The translations under genes and the position numbers were made by a program. 64,000 nucleotides of DNA from Spirochaetia bacterium (GTDB taxonomy: Bacteria; Spirochaetota; Spirochaetia; SZUA-6; Bin103): positions 2,656,001 to 2,720,000 of the forward strand of contig OZ241907.1 of assembly GCA_965203515.1 (NCBI GenBank), given 5' to 3'. Under the pieces are notes generated by a model that had not been told where the DNA came from, searched no databases, and saw nothing but the letters and a program-made list of their open reading frames with translations. Positions 40,126-50,829 of the stretch are shown one piece after another (within the stretch, counting starts at the first letter, position 1; every line of letters begins with the position of its first letter).

Positions 40126-41209
40126 CGGTTTCGCTGGTATCGAGTCGGCGCGCCGTTATCTCGTCCGACGTTCCGCGTTGCAGAAGAATGCCGTTCTCCC
40201 TTCCCAGGTGGTCGATCAGCTCAGGATGATGGGAGGCTATCACTACCTGTGGCAGGGTATCTCCGCAGGCGTCCTCAAGGCTCATCAGCCAAGGCTGGAT
40301 TTCCCGAAGCGCAACGTAGTTCTCAGGTTCATCGATCAGCAGCGTGTAGCCTTGGCCTCGGGTCAAGTGGATCAGACCGTACAAGACCATCAGGGCGCGC
40401 TGGCCGTCGGACATTTCATCGATTCGCAAATCATACTTGACACCGGATTTGGCGCCTACCTGATCGACCATCAGGGCACGAACCTCATCGCTCACCTTCT
40501 TCAGCCACATTCTGCTGAACCCGCCCCCGATTACCTCGGTGAGCTCATTATTCAAATCGGAAATCAGCTCCGGGTGTTCCGGGAGCATGTGCCGGAACCA
40601 ATCGGCGAAGTTGCCGGCGTCCCGGTCCAGCAACGGACTCTCGGCTGCCGCCTCGGTCTTCATCCCCCGAGGTTGGATGTCGCAGACGAGTATGTTCCTC
40701 ATATAATCCAGGAAGCGGGTAAGGCGTTGATTATGGGGCACAGGGACGACGCGAGCCAGAGCCGATTCTCTCCAGTCGGTAGTAAAAGTTGGTCCTTTCT
40801 TTACCTCTCTGTCGTCCGGATCGTCGTCATAGAGCTGGACTTGGTTTTGAACGCACTCGAACAACGTCGTTCCGTCCACGTCCAGCCGTTCGCGGCCGAT
40901 CCGCGCCAAACGGGTTTCCCGCTGATGTTCCACTTCGAGCAGGTAGGTGAACGTCTCCGCCGCCAGCAGCACCTGGAGCTCGAACACCTGTAGATCACGA
41001 CTCTGCCAGCCGGTCAGAGTCCGGGTCGGGAACACGTCCGCATCGGTGAACCGTGCGTCGCCGGAGAGCAGGCGGCGCAGTGCGAATACGACATCGAGCA
41101 CCGCGGTCTTGCCAACTCCGTTCAGCCCGAGCAAGAGGGACAACTCGTCAAGCTCCAGGTCGAAATTGACGAGGCACTTGTAATTTTCGATGCGTATTCT
41201 CTTTATCAT
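40073..41209 (-). CDS. AAA_21/AAA_15-type ABC-family ATPase
   Basis: IENYKCL, GLNGVGKT, MSDGQR, LLIDEPEN, ASHHP. Confidence 0.88.
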   Translation of the reverse strand: MIKRIRIENYKCLVNFDLELDELSLLLGLNGVGKTAVLDVVFALRRLLSGDARFTDADVFPTRTLTGWQSRDLQVFELQVLLAAETFTYLLEVEHQRETRLARIGRERLDVDGTTLFECVQNQVQLYDDDPDDREVKKGPTFTTDWRESALARVVPVPHNQRLTRFLDYMRNILVCDIQPRGMKTEAAAESPLLDRDAGNFADWFRHMLPEHPELISDLNNELTEVIGGGFSRMWLKKVSDEVRALMVDQVGAKSGVKYDLRIDEMSDGQRALMVLYGLIHLTRGQGYTLLIDEPENYVALREIQPWLMSLEDACGDTLPQVVIASHHPELIDHLGRENGILLQRGTSDEITARRLDTSETDGGVELSELFARGWEAE

Positions 41210-41291
41210 CGAGCACCGACCTCCATCAGTGAAAGCCGATCATAGCTGATCGCGCGGCCATCGGTCAAGCGCACGCTTCAGGTTTAGGGGC

Positions 41292-41335
41292 GAAAAGCGC
41301 CCGCCGGGCCGTTGCCGGGCCGGCGGGCTTGTCTT
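41292..41335 (-). repeat. repeat T, partial copy 4 (terminator hairpin)
   Basis: GCCCGCCGGGCCGTTGCCGGGCCGGCGGGCTTGTCTT. Confidence 0.7.
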
Positions 41336-41418
41336 CTGCGGTGACTGGCGCTGTCCACATCGCCGGTGCTGACCGTCTTTTCGACGCTCGGTCTCCCGGC
41401 CGGTTCAGGGTTCAGGCG

Positions 41419-41555
41419 TCAAGATGCGGGCTTCTTTCTCCAACGATAGGAGCGGCAGCGGGCTTGCTGGTCTTTGCTCAGACACCACGGTGAGTTTGCT
41501 CGGCCTCCAGGATAGGATGGATCTTTCAAGAACTTCCGCACGTCTGTCAAGAACG
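41419..41555 (-). pseudogene. 3' remnant of a third UDG-like paralog
   Basis: Manual translation FLTDVRKFLKDPSYPGGRANSPWCLSKDQQARCRSYRWRKKPAS* aligns with the C-terminus of 36351-37052. Confidence 0.8.
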
Positions 41556-41557
41556 GA

Positions 41558-42058
41558 TCACTGGAGCCCGACGACCGAAATGACGATGCCGAGGACCACG
41601 AACGCCACGGTGCCCATCCACTGGAGCGCGGTGAAGCGCTTGTTGATGTCCTCGAAGCGCCTGTTCATGTCCTCGAAGCGTTTGTCCACCGCCGCGAAGC
41701 GCTTGTCGATGTTGGCGTTCATCTCCTCGAAGCGCTTGTTGATGTCCTCGAAGCGCCTGTTCATGTCCTCGAAGCGCTTGTCCACCGCCTCGAAGCGTTT
41801 GTCGACCGCCTCGAAGCCCGCCTGCATCAACTCGCGGAGGGCCTTGAACTCCTGCGCCGTGCGTTCTTCGGACCGCGCCAAGTGTTCCTCGACCCGGGTC
41901 AGGTTCTCTTCGATGCGGGAGATGAGCTTTTGCGTGTCGGCCGCGTAGTTGGGTGCGGTCTTGATCAGCATGGCCGGCAGCACGCGTTCGACACGCTCGT
42001 CGACACGCTTGTCGATATGCTCAATCATGATCTGCAGATCCGTATCGGTGAGCGCCAA
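41558..42058 (-). CDS. DKRFE-repeat coiled-coil membrane protein, 8 repeats, TTG start
   Basis: Paralog of 38384-38920. Confidence 0.85.
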   Translation of the reverse strand: MALTDTDLQIMIEHIDKRVDERVERVLPAMLIKTAPNYAADTQKLISRIEENLTRVEEHLARSEERTAQEFKALRELMQAGFEAVDKRFEAVDKRFEDMNRRFEDINKRFEEMNANIDKRFAAVDKRFEDMNRRFEDINKRFTALQWMGTVAFVVLGIVISVVGLQ

Positions 42059-42608
42059 GGGTCCGTCCTCTTCAAGTCACCATACCGCGAAGCGCGCCAC
42101 CGGGCAAGCTCAGGGCCGATCAGGTCGATGGTAGGGCAGCGTGCCGGCACCGGGAGGCGACGAGGCACTGGCCGGAGCCGAGAGGATCACGTGGTGGTCC
42201 GGCCGGCAGCGGCGCGCCTGGGCAGGGTGATGTCGTCGCGGCGCACCTGGTCGGCGGCCTGCATCAGACTCGTCGCCTGCTCGGCGTGCACGACCACCGC
42301 TTCCAGGTCCGGGACCCGTGGAGAAGGCAGGATGCTTTGATCAGTTGGTGCTGATGAACTGCTGGACGCGCATCATGCCGTGTCGTGCTGCGCTGCCAAG
42401 GGCCGGACCGGGTATAGCCGGCAGAACCGGGCGCCCCGTCAAGATCGTGTGGTCGGGCACCCGCCAGGCGCGCCGGTCGCGACTACGACAGGCGGCTCGC
42501 GGCGGCACCGGTGCGGGCACTGTTCCTCGGCCTTACACGTCGCCGTCGCTGACCGTCGGTCTTTCGAGTCTGAGTTTGATCCCCGGCTGGTCCCAGCCGG
42601 CGCTATCG

Positions 42609-43052
42609 TCACTGGAGCCCGACGACCGAAATGACGATGCCGAGGACCACGAACGCCACGGTGCCCATCCACTGGAGCGCGGTGAAGCGCTTGTTGATGT
42701 CCTCGAAGCGCCTGTTCATGTCCTCGAAGCGTTTGTCCACCGCCGCGAAGCGCTTGTCGATGTTGGCGTTCATCTCCTCGAAGCGCTTGTTGATGTCCTC
42801 GAAGCGCCTGTTCATGTCCTCGAAGCGTTTGTCCACCGCCGCGAAGCCCGCCTGCATCAACTCGCGGATGGCCTTGAACTCCTGCGCCGTGCGTTCTTCG
42901 AACCGCGCCAAGTGCTCCTCGGCGTAGTTGCCGGGCGCTGCGGATGCATCACCCTGAAGATGGCTGGGGGGTGCGGTCTCGATCAGCATGGCCGGCAGCA
43001 TGCGCTTGACATGCTCGACCACGACCTGCAGGTCAGTATCGGTGAGCGCCAT
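42609..43052 (-). CDS. DKRFE-repeat coiled-coil membrane protein, 7 repeats, alternative N-terminal segment
   Basis: Paralog; ETAPPSHLQGD head variant. Confidence 0.85.
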   Translation of the reverse strand: MALTDTDLQVVVEHVKRMLPAMLIETAPPSHLQGDASAAPGNYAEEHLARFEERTAQEFKAIRELMQAGFAAVDKRFEDMNRRFEDINKRFEEMNANIDKRFAAVDKRFEDMNRRFEDINKRFTALQWMGTVAFVVLGIVISVVGLQ

Positions 43053-43526
43053 GGGGTCCGTGCCTCCTCATTCACCATATCGCGGAGCGCGCGACCGGGC
43101 AAGACTCAGGGCCGGTCAGGTCGATGGCGCGCCATGCCACTTCACGTTGCGGCGGCCGTGCGGGCGCAACGAGGCGAGACACCGGCCGAGAGGATCGTGC
43201 GTGGTGGTCCTGCTTCATCCGACGGCACGGCGCCATGGTCTGCAGGTGATCGGCAGTGACGCGGCGCGTGTTGGCGGGCGCGGCCGTCGAAACAGGGCGG
43301 TCAGCTCTGCTCGGCAGTCGGCGCGCGGGGTGTGGCAGCAAGCCGTTGATCAGCCGCAGCACCTGCGGGACCGAGCGTTACCAGGCATCGACGATCGGCG
43401 CGCACGCCGAGCGTCGAGTCTGATGCGGGCCGCCGGACCGGTGCGCCGCTACCGGGCGCCATGGTCTGCACGGTGATCGCCAGTAACGCGGTGCGCGTTG
43501 GCGAACGCAGGCCGCCGACAGGGCGG

Positions 43527-44294
43527 TCAGCTCGACGAGGTGCCGCGGCAGCAAGCCGATGACCGGCCGCAGCACTTGCTGGACCGAGGGGAGTACGTCG
43601 CTTCATGGAGACGCCAGTAGACTTCGGTTCTCTCGAGTTTCTTGTTCTGTTTGGCGAGATCGAAGGGCAATTGTTCCTTCTCGTTCTTCAACCACTGATC
43701 CGCGCCTTTGTCCAGCAGCAATTTCACGATCTCGGGATTCTTCGTCTTCGCTGCCGCCTTGTGGAGTGGCGTATTTCCTGCCCTGTCCCGCGCGTTCAGG
43801 CCAGATTCACTCTTACATATCAAGGTCCTTATGACTTCCGTATCTTTGTTCTTCGCCGCCGCAATATGTAGCGCCGTGCGGCCTTTGCAGTCCCTTGCGT
43901 CCGGAAAGAAATCAGCGCCTGCCGACAACAGTGACGACACAACTTCGACAGCATGGTCGTGATGCAGCGCTGCTGCAACGTGCAGTGGTGTCAAACCATC
44001 CTTGTTTCGAGCGTTGCAGTCAGCACCAGATTTGACCACCAGTTTCTCGACAATACAAAGTGCTTTCCGGATATCAGAATCGCTGCTGAGACCCACCGCA
44101 ACGTGCAGCGGAGTCCAGCCGTCTCTGCTACTCTTATTTACCAGATGCTTCTTTTGGGTATCGCATAGCAGCTCCGTTACTTTGTCAGGATTGCCGGACG
44201 CTACCGCAGCATGAAGATCAGTCCAGCCGTATTGTTTATGAAGCTCCTTGTTACATGCGGTTCGCAGATGCATTTGGATCAGGTCGATATCCAT
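43527..44294 (-). CDS. ankyrin repeat protein
   Basis: GWTDLHAA, GWTPLHVA, GLTPLHVA, GRTALHIA, GNTPLHKA; low GC. Confidence 0.9.
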   Translation of the reverse strand: MDIDLIQMHLRTACNKELHKQYGWTDLHAAVASGNPDKVTELLCDTQKKHLVNKSSRDGWTPLHVAVGLSSDSDIRKALCIVEKLVVKSGADCNARNKDGLTPLHVAAALHHDHAVEVVSSLLSAGADFFPDARDCKGRTALHIAAAKNKDTEVIRTLICKSESGLNARDRAGNTPLHKAAAKTKNPEIVKLLLDKGADQWLKNEKEQLPFDLAKQNKKLERTEVYWRLHEATYSPRSSKCCGRSSACCRGTSSS

Positions 44295-45460
44295 GGGTTT
44301 CCTCCGGGTACCTTTGCGTGGGGGGCGTTGTTTCGGCGCTCGGTTTCTTTGACGATCGCCTCCGCGGATTTGACCAGCTCCGGGAACAGAGTCTCCTCCG
44401 AGATGTTCAGAGATTGCAGTTCTTCGCGAATCGATGGCTTGCTCTTGGCCTTCACTCTCAAGCGGTAGTAGTTGTAGGGTACGTCGCTGTCGTTCGGTCG
44501 GTACCGGCTGTTCCGGTCATGCGCTTCCTTGCTTTCGAAGTCGAATCGCTTGTGGTGCGCCGATACGAGGAAGGCTCCTGACTGCGCTATGACGCGCGGA
44601 AACAGCTGGCGCGGCTGCACGATGAAGATGCGGAACAGGTCTCGCGGTTTGATCAGACCCTCGACGAAGTATGGCTTTTCCTGCTTGATGAAGGTCCAGA
44701 GACGGCCCATGTCGAAGTAGCGGCCGCGTGCTTCGTTCTCCGGGCGGAGGGAACGATCCATGTATTCGGCGTAGTCCCTGACTTCTTCGATATCCTCGCC
44801 GTCGTTGCTCATAATACACTGGCGGTGATCGACGAAGGCGCCTCGTTTCGACAGAAACTTCTTCGTCTTCTTCAGAATCGCCTTTCGCTCGTCTCTGCGG
44901 AGTCGCGCGAAGTTGGCGATGATGCTCACGGAGTCGCTGTCGTACGGCTTGACGCACTCCCGCGTCGTCGCGAAGACGTAGAGAAGACCGTCGTCTTCTT
45001 TCTTCGATCCGTCGTCCTTCGGTTCGCCACAGGCGAAGTGCAAGCCTACCAGGGGATTCGTGGAGATATCGAGGAACCGCGTGCAAAGGCCGTGATGTTG
45101 CGCGAGCATCCACCGGTCGAGTGCTGACGGGAACCTGGAAAACTCGTCAGGATGCCTCGTCATCAGGTCGCGCAGCATCTCTCCTTCGTATCTGCGACGA
45201 TTCTCTTTTGCCTGCGACTCCTTCTCCTGCATGACGGACGGTACGAGATCGTAGGTGGCGTTGTTCAGGCCGCGATAGTACCGCAGAGGCTGGTCGGCCT
45301 CCCGTTTCTTGATCTCTTCGATGTTGGACAGCAGCGTCGATACGCAATCGATGGGCGGCAGGTTCGGCGGCCCGCCGTGGTTCGGCATTCCGTGTGACAC
45401 GTGCTCGACCCCGCCGGCAGACTCAGCGCGTGGCCGCGCCGCGCCGTAGGCGGTCGTCAA
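44279..45460 (-). CDS. FRG domain protein (start uncertain, possibly ~45400)
   Basis: YYRG, AQHHGLCTRFLDISTNPLVGLHFAC, RVIAQSGAF, ISEETLFPEL. Confidence 0.88.
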   Translation of the reverse strand: MTTAYGAARPRAESAGGVEHVSHGMPNHGGPPNLPPIDCVSTLLSNIEEIKKREADQPLRYYRGLNNATYDLVPSVMQEKESQAKENRRRYEGEMLRDLMTRHPDEFSRFPSALDRWMLAQHHGLCTRFLDISTNPLVGLHFACGEPKDDGSKKEDDGLLYVFATTRECVKPYDSDSVSIIANFARLRRDERKAILKKTKKFLSKRGAFVDHRQCIMSNDGEDIEEVRDYAEYMDRSLRPENEARGRYFDMGRLWTFIKQEKPYFVEGLIKPRDLFRIFIVQPRQLFPRVIAQSGAFLVSAHHKRFDFESKEAHDRNSRYRPNDSDVPYNYYRLRVKAKSKPSIREELQSLNISEETLFPELVKSAEAIVKETERRNNAPHAKVPGGNPWIST

Positions 45461-45484
45461 ACATCCTCGCCGTCCTCTCGGCCG

Positions 45485-45612
45485 ACCACTCGCCGCGGCG
45501 CCTCGATGCCCGGCATCCCGCCGTACCGTTCCTGGTCACGCAGGGCGCCAGCGTAGCCTTTGCTGACGCAGGCGCCGCCATCGTCAGGGCGCCATACCAC
45601 ACGAAACCCGGA
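45485..45612 (-). mobile_element. degenerate ISL3 left-end remnant
   Basis: Aligns with 53062-53190 (GGCGCCAGCGTAGCCTT...CCACACGAAACCCGGA). Confidence 0.75.
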
Positions 45613-45681
45613 TGCGGCCTCTTCATCGCCAAGCGTCAACTCCATCAGCAGGGCCGATCATATCTGATCGCGCGGCCACGG

Positions 45682-46335
45682 TCAACGCAGGCGCGTTGCC
45701 GCACAAATCCATCGAGCGGGAAGTTGCGCCTCATCCAATTCCTCTGAATGCTCATCAACGAACTTGTCCACACATTCCGTAAGTATGTCTCTGCTGTCGC
45801 CCCTCTGAGCCAAGAATGTCTCGGCTTCCGATTTTTCCCACTTCACAGTAGTATCTGACTCCCGCATGAGAGCCGGTGATTGGTTCTTGCTGCTCGTTGC
45901 AATTCCAATCAAGTGAACGCGGACGCCGAAACTCTGGGCAATCTGTACGCCAGTTCTTGTATCTTCGTCTCCGGACAGCAGGACGGCGTCCGAAACGGCG
46001 CGATTGCGGGCCAAGTCGATCAGATCCGTGACAATCAGGGAGTCTACACCTTTCTGCTTACCATAGGGAGTGACGACACCCAGGCGCAGCTTTACGTCAT
46101 TTGTATCAGCAATATTTCTGTGTTCGCCTGATAGTTCCCCCGCTAATGCACCATCGTACCAATAGATGCGCAGCAGCTTCGCGCCGTCGGTTAACTCGCA
46201 GGCCGTCTCTTTCAGTTTGTCGATCACAGCCGAAACGTCAAGTTGTAGGTTGGATCGAGGTAGCGTCTGGCCGAAATGGGCGTCCGAGCCGGCTGCATAC
46301 AAATATCCGGCGTCGACAAAGACAGCAACGCGCAT
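45682..46335 (-). CDS. NYN domain (LabA/DUF88, PIN-like) RNase
   Basis: VFVDAGY, RIYWYD, QKGVD, LLSGDED; low GC. Confidence 0.9.
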   Translation of the reverse strand: MRVAVFVDAGYLYAAGSDAHFGQTLPRSNLQLDVSAVIDKLKETACELTDGAKLLRIYWYDGALAGELSGEHRNIADTNDVKLRLGVVTPYGKQKGVDSLIVTDLIDLARNRAVSDAVLLSGDEDTRTGVQIAQSFGVRVHLIGIATSSKNQSPALMRESDTTVKWEKSEAETFLAQRGDSRDILTECVDKFVDEHSEELDEAQLPARWICAATRLR

Positions 46336-46431
46336 AGTAACCCCAGTGGGACAATATAGTAGGAGGGCCCCCGTAGGGACCCTCTATTGGCCCCCGCTCC
46401 AACCTATGTAGGGAGACGCTGGACCATCGCC

Positions 46432-46460
46432 AACATACCTCACGACCGAGAGGCTGTCAA
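46432..46460 (-). promoter_or_regulatory. sigma70 promoter of the NYN gene
   Basis: TTGACA-17 nt-TATGTT. Confidence 0.7.
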
Positions 46461-46630
46461 GGCTGTGGATTGATTGGTCGTTGGTCTGTCGGCCTCACCG
46501 AGTTGCGCCGCAGTCTCTCCATGGCGTCCGCCAGGCACTGCTGGCGGCGCTCGGCGAGTCCGAGGTCTGCCGACGCATGGTCGGACTGCTGGCGCTAGCG
46601 CACGATCAGAATTGCGAAGCCGGCCCTGGG

Positions 46631-47002
<372 letters not shown>

Positions 47003-47280
47003 TAGCCTTGCTCTCTCGGTGCGATTTTATCCGGGATTCCAGCGACGAGATAATGTGAGATACAACACCCAGGGCCGGACCGGGTAGCGGCAGCCGGCAG
47101 AACCGGGCAGCCCGTCAAGATCGTGGTCGGGCGCCCGCCAAGCGCGCCGGTCGCGACTACGACAGGCGGCTCGCGGCGGCACCGGTGCGGGCGCTGTTCC
47201 TCGGACCTTACCCGACGCCGACCGTCGGTCTTTCGAGTCTGATCCCCGGTTGGTCCGTTGGTCCCAGCCTCGCGCTATGG

Positions 47281-47610
47281 TCACTGGAGCCCGACGACCG
47301 AAATGACGATGCCGAGGACCACGAACGCCACGGTGCCCATCCACTGGAGCGAGGTGAAGCGCTTGTTCATGTCCTCGAAGCGCTTGTCCACCGCCGCGAA
47401 GCCCGCCTGCATCAACTCGCGGAGGGCCCTGAACTCCTGCGCCGTGCGTTCTTCGAACCGCGCCAAGGGCTCCTCGGCGTAGTTGCCGGGCGCTGTTGCG
47501 GATGCGTCACCCTGAAGATGGCTGCGGGGTGCGGTCTCGATCAGCATGGCCGGCAGCATGCGCTTGACATGCTTGATCACGACCTGCAGATCCGTATCGG
47601 TGAGCGCCAT
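47281..47610 (-). CDS. DKRFE-repeat coiled-coil membrane protein, only 2 repeats
   Basis: Paralog; alternative head segment. Confidence 0.85.
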   Translation of the reverse strand: MALTDTDLQVVIKHVKRMLPAMLIETAPRSHLQGDASATAPGNYAEEPLARFEERTAQEFRALRELMQAGFAAVDKRFEDMNKRFTSLQWMGTVAFVVLGIVISVVGLQ

Positions 47611-47663
47611 GGGTCCGTCCTCTTCAAATCACCATAACCGCGGAACGCGCGACCGGGCAAGGC

Positions 47664-47687
47664 TGGAGTTGTCCCGGTTTGGTGGAC
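47664..47687 (+). mobile_element. possible IS3-family terminal inverted repeat remnant
   Basis: TGGAGTTGTCCCGGTTTGGTGGAC at a module junction; resemblance only. Confidence 0.35.
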
Positions 47688-47884
47688 GGGTCAACTCCGC
47701 GCCGCCGCCATGGCGTTGGCCCGTCAATCCGACCGTGCCCGCCTTCGGGGTTACGGAGGGGTGATCGTGACCGTACTCCGGGGCGTCCCTCTCCCCTCTC
47801 GATGGATCACTTGACCTTCACCCGCTCGGTGGCGTTCGGTCGCCATTCGCCGCGCATTCTCATCTTTGATTGTCGCTGGACAGC

Positions 47885-48059
47885 CTTCTCTCAAGTTCGG
47901 CCAAACGCGCTTCGGCCGCCTCCGCGCGAGCCTCCGCCTCACGGCGTCGGTCTTCGGTCTCCGCCAAGTCCGGCAGGTCCTCCCCGCTCTGCGGATCGTG
48001 GAACCGCAGCCGCCGGCCGGCCAGACGCAACTCCAGTCCCAGCACCTCGCTCCGCAGCA
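47885..48059 (-). pseudogene. Uma2 3' fragment
   Basis: LRSEVLGLELRLAGRRLRFHDPQSGEDLPDL, near-identical to the end of 37220-37999; 5' part deleted. Confidence 0.85.
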
Positions 48060-48356
48060 CCGCCGCCGCGAGACCCGTGCAGAAGGGCAGGTTGCTTTGA
48101 TCAGTTTGGTGCTGATGAACGGCTGGACGCGCATCATGCCGCGTCGTGCTGCGCTGCCAAGGGCCGGACCGGGTATAGCCGGCAGAACCGGGCGCCCGTC
48201 AAGATCGTGGTCGGGCGCCCGCCAAGCGCGCCGGGCGCGACTACGACAGGCGGCTCGAGGCGGCACCGGTGCGGGCGCTGTTCCTCGGACCTTACCCGTC
48301 GCCGACCGTCGGTCTTTCGAGTCTGATCCCCGGTTGGTCCCAGCCTCGCGCTATCG

Positions 48357-48932
48357 TCACTGGAGCCCGACGACCGAAATGACGATGCCGAGGACCACGA
48401 ACGCCACGGTGCCCATCCACTGGAGCGAGGTGAAACGCTTGTTCATGTCCTCGAAGCGCTTGTCGACCGCCGCGAAGCGCTTGTCGATGTTGGCGTTCAT
48501 CTCCTCGAAGCGCTTGTCGACCGCCTCGAAGCGCTTGTCGATGTTGGCGTTCATCTCCTCGAAGCGCTTGTCCACCGCCTCGAAGCGCTTGTTGATGTCC
48601 TCGAAGCGCTTGTTGATGTCCTCGAAGCGCCTGTTCATGTCCTCGAAGCGCTTGTCCACCGCCTCGAAGCGTTTGTCGACCGCCTCGAAGCTCGCCTGCA
48701 TCAACTCGCGGAGGGCCTTGAACTCCTGCGCCGTGCGTTCTTCGGACCGCACCAAGTGTTCCTCGACCCGGGTCAGGTTCTCTTCGATGCGGGAGATGAG
48801 CTTTTGCGTGTCGGCCGCGTAGTTGGGTGCGGTCTTGATCAGCATGGCCGGCAGCACCCGTTCGACATGCTCGCCGACACGCTTGTCGATATGCTCAATC
48901 ATGACCTGCAGATCCGTATCGGTGAGCGCCAA
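48357..48932 (-). CDS. DKRFE-repeat coiled-coil membrane protein, 11 repeats, TTG start
   Basis: Paralog; longest copy. Confidence 0.85.
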   Translation of the reverse strand: MALTDTDLQVMIEHIDKRVGEHVERVLPAMLIKTAPNYAADTQKLISRIEENLTRVEEHLVRSEERTAQEFKALRELMQASFEAVDKRFEAVDKRFEDMNRRFEDINKRFEDINKRFEAVDKRFEEMNANIDKRFEAVDKRFEEMNANIDKRFAAVDKRFEDMNKRFTSLQWMGTVAFVVLGIVISVVGLQ

Positions 48933-48986
48933 GGGTCCGTCCTCTTCAAGTCACCATACCGCGAAGCGCGCCACCGGGCAAGCTCA

Positions 48987-49535
<549 letters not shown>

Positions 49536-49702
49536 ACCGGGCGCCCGTCAAAGACCGTGGTCGGGCGCCCGCCAGGCCGGGCGCGACTACGACAGGCGGC
49601 TCGAGGCGGCACCGGTGCGGGCGCTGTTCCTCGGACCTTACCCGTCGCCGACCGTCGGTCTTTCGAGCCTGATCTCCCGGCTGGTCCCAGCCGGCGCTAT
49701 CG

Positions 49703-50185
49703 TCACTGGAGCCCGACGACCGAAATGACGATGCCGAGGACCACGAACGCCACGGTGCCCATCCACTGGAGCGCGGTGAAGCGCTTGTTGATGTCCTCGA
49801 AGCGCCTGTTCATGTCCTCGAAGCGCCTGTTCATGTCCTCGAAGCGCTTGTCCACCGCCTCGAAGCGCTTGTCGATGCTGGCGTTCATCTCCTCGAAGCG
49901 CTTGTCGACCGCCGCGAAGCCCGCCTGCATCAACTCGCGCATGGCCTTGAACTCCTGCGCCGTGCGTTCTTCGGACCGCGCCAAGTGTTCTTCGACCCGG
50001 GTCAGGTTCTCTTCGATGCGGGAGATGAGCTTTTGCGTGTCGGCCGCGTAGTTGGGTGCGGTCTTGATCAGCATGGCCGGCAGCACGCGTTCGACATGCT
50101 CGCCGACACGCTTGTCGATATGCTCGTCAATACGCTTGTCGATTTGCTCGACCACGACCTGCAGATCCGTATCGGTGAGCGCCAT
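49703..50185 (-). CDS. DKRFE-repeat coiled-coil membrane protein, 6 repeats
   Basis: Paralog. Confidence 0.85.
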   Translation of the reverse strand: MALTDTDLQVVVEQIDKRIDEHIDKRVGEHVERVLPAMLIKTAPNYAADTQKLISRIEENLTRVEEHLARSEERTAQEFKAMRELMQAGFAAVDKRFEEMNASIDKRFEAVDKRFEDMNRRFEDMNRRFEDINKRFTALQWMGTVAFVVLGIVISVVGLQ

Positions 50186-50701
50186 GGGTCCGTCCTCTTC
50201 AGATCACCATACCGCGGAACGCTCGACCGGGCAAGGCTCAGGGCCGGTCAGACCGGTCAGGTCGATGGTGCGCGAAGCCTCTTTCACGTTGCGGCAGCCG
50301 TGCCCGGCACAGCGAGGGGGAGGCGCTGGCCGAGAGCCGAGAGGATCACGTGCCGGTGGTCCGGCCGGCAGTGGCGCCGGTCGACTATGCTTCGGGCGTT
50401 GCAGATGATCGACGAGATGAAGCGGAATGCACGGATGCGGTACTCCAGAGCATCGAGCCGCCGCTCGGCTACGGACGCGACTGACCGATCCGCAGCCCCG
50501 GTTACTCCGGCACTGCCTCACGCCTGATCCGGTCCGCCGCCCACCACGCGTCAAGCCGTTTGCGAACGCCATCACGCCTCCCGACCGGCGCCGATCTGAC
50601 CGTTGCTCCGGGACCTCGACGGGGCGCCTCCCGCCGCCGCTTCCCGTGCTTGCCAACCCACGTCCCCTTGTGGCAACGTCCCGGCCGTTGCGACACCGGT
50701 T

Positions 50702-50753
50702 TTCTCATCTTTTTTGATTGTCGCTCGGTTCTCATCCTGATTGTCGCGCTACA
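50702..50753. mobile_element. IS21-type terminal repeat with duplicated subterminal motif
   Basis: Two tandem TTCTCATC..TGATTGTCGC motifs ending in ...GCTACA. Confidence 0.6.
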
Positions 50754-50829
50754 ATTTGCCCGCAACCCAATCCACTCGAACGCCTCATCCGAAGAATCCA
50801 CCGGCGGCCGGCCCACGAAGAATGGGTTT

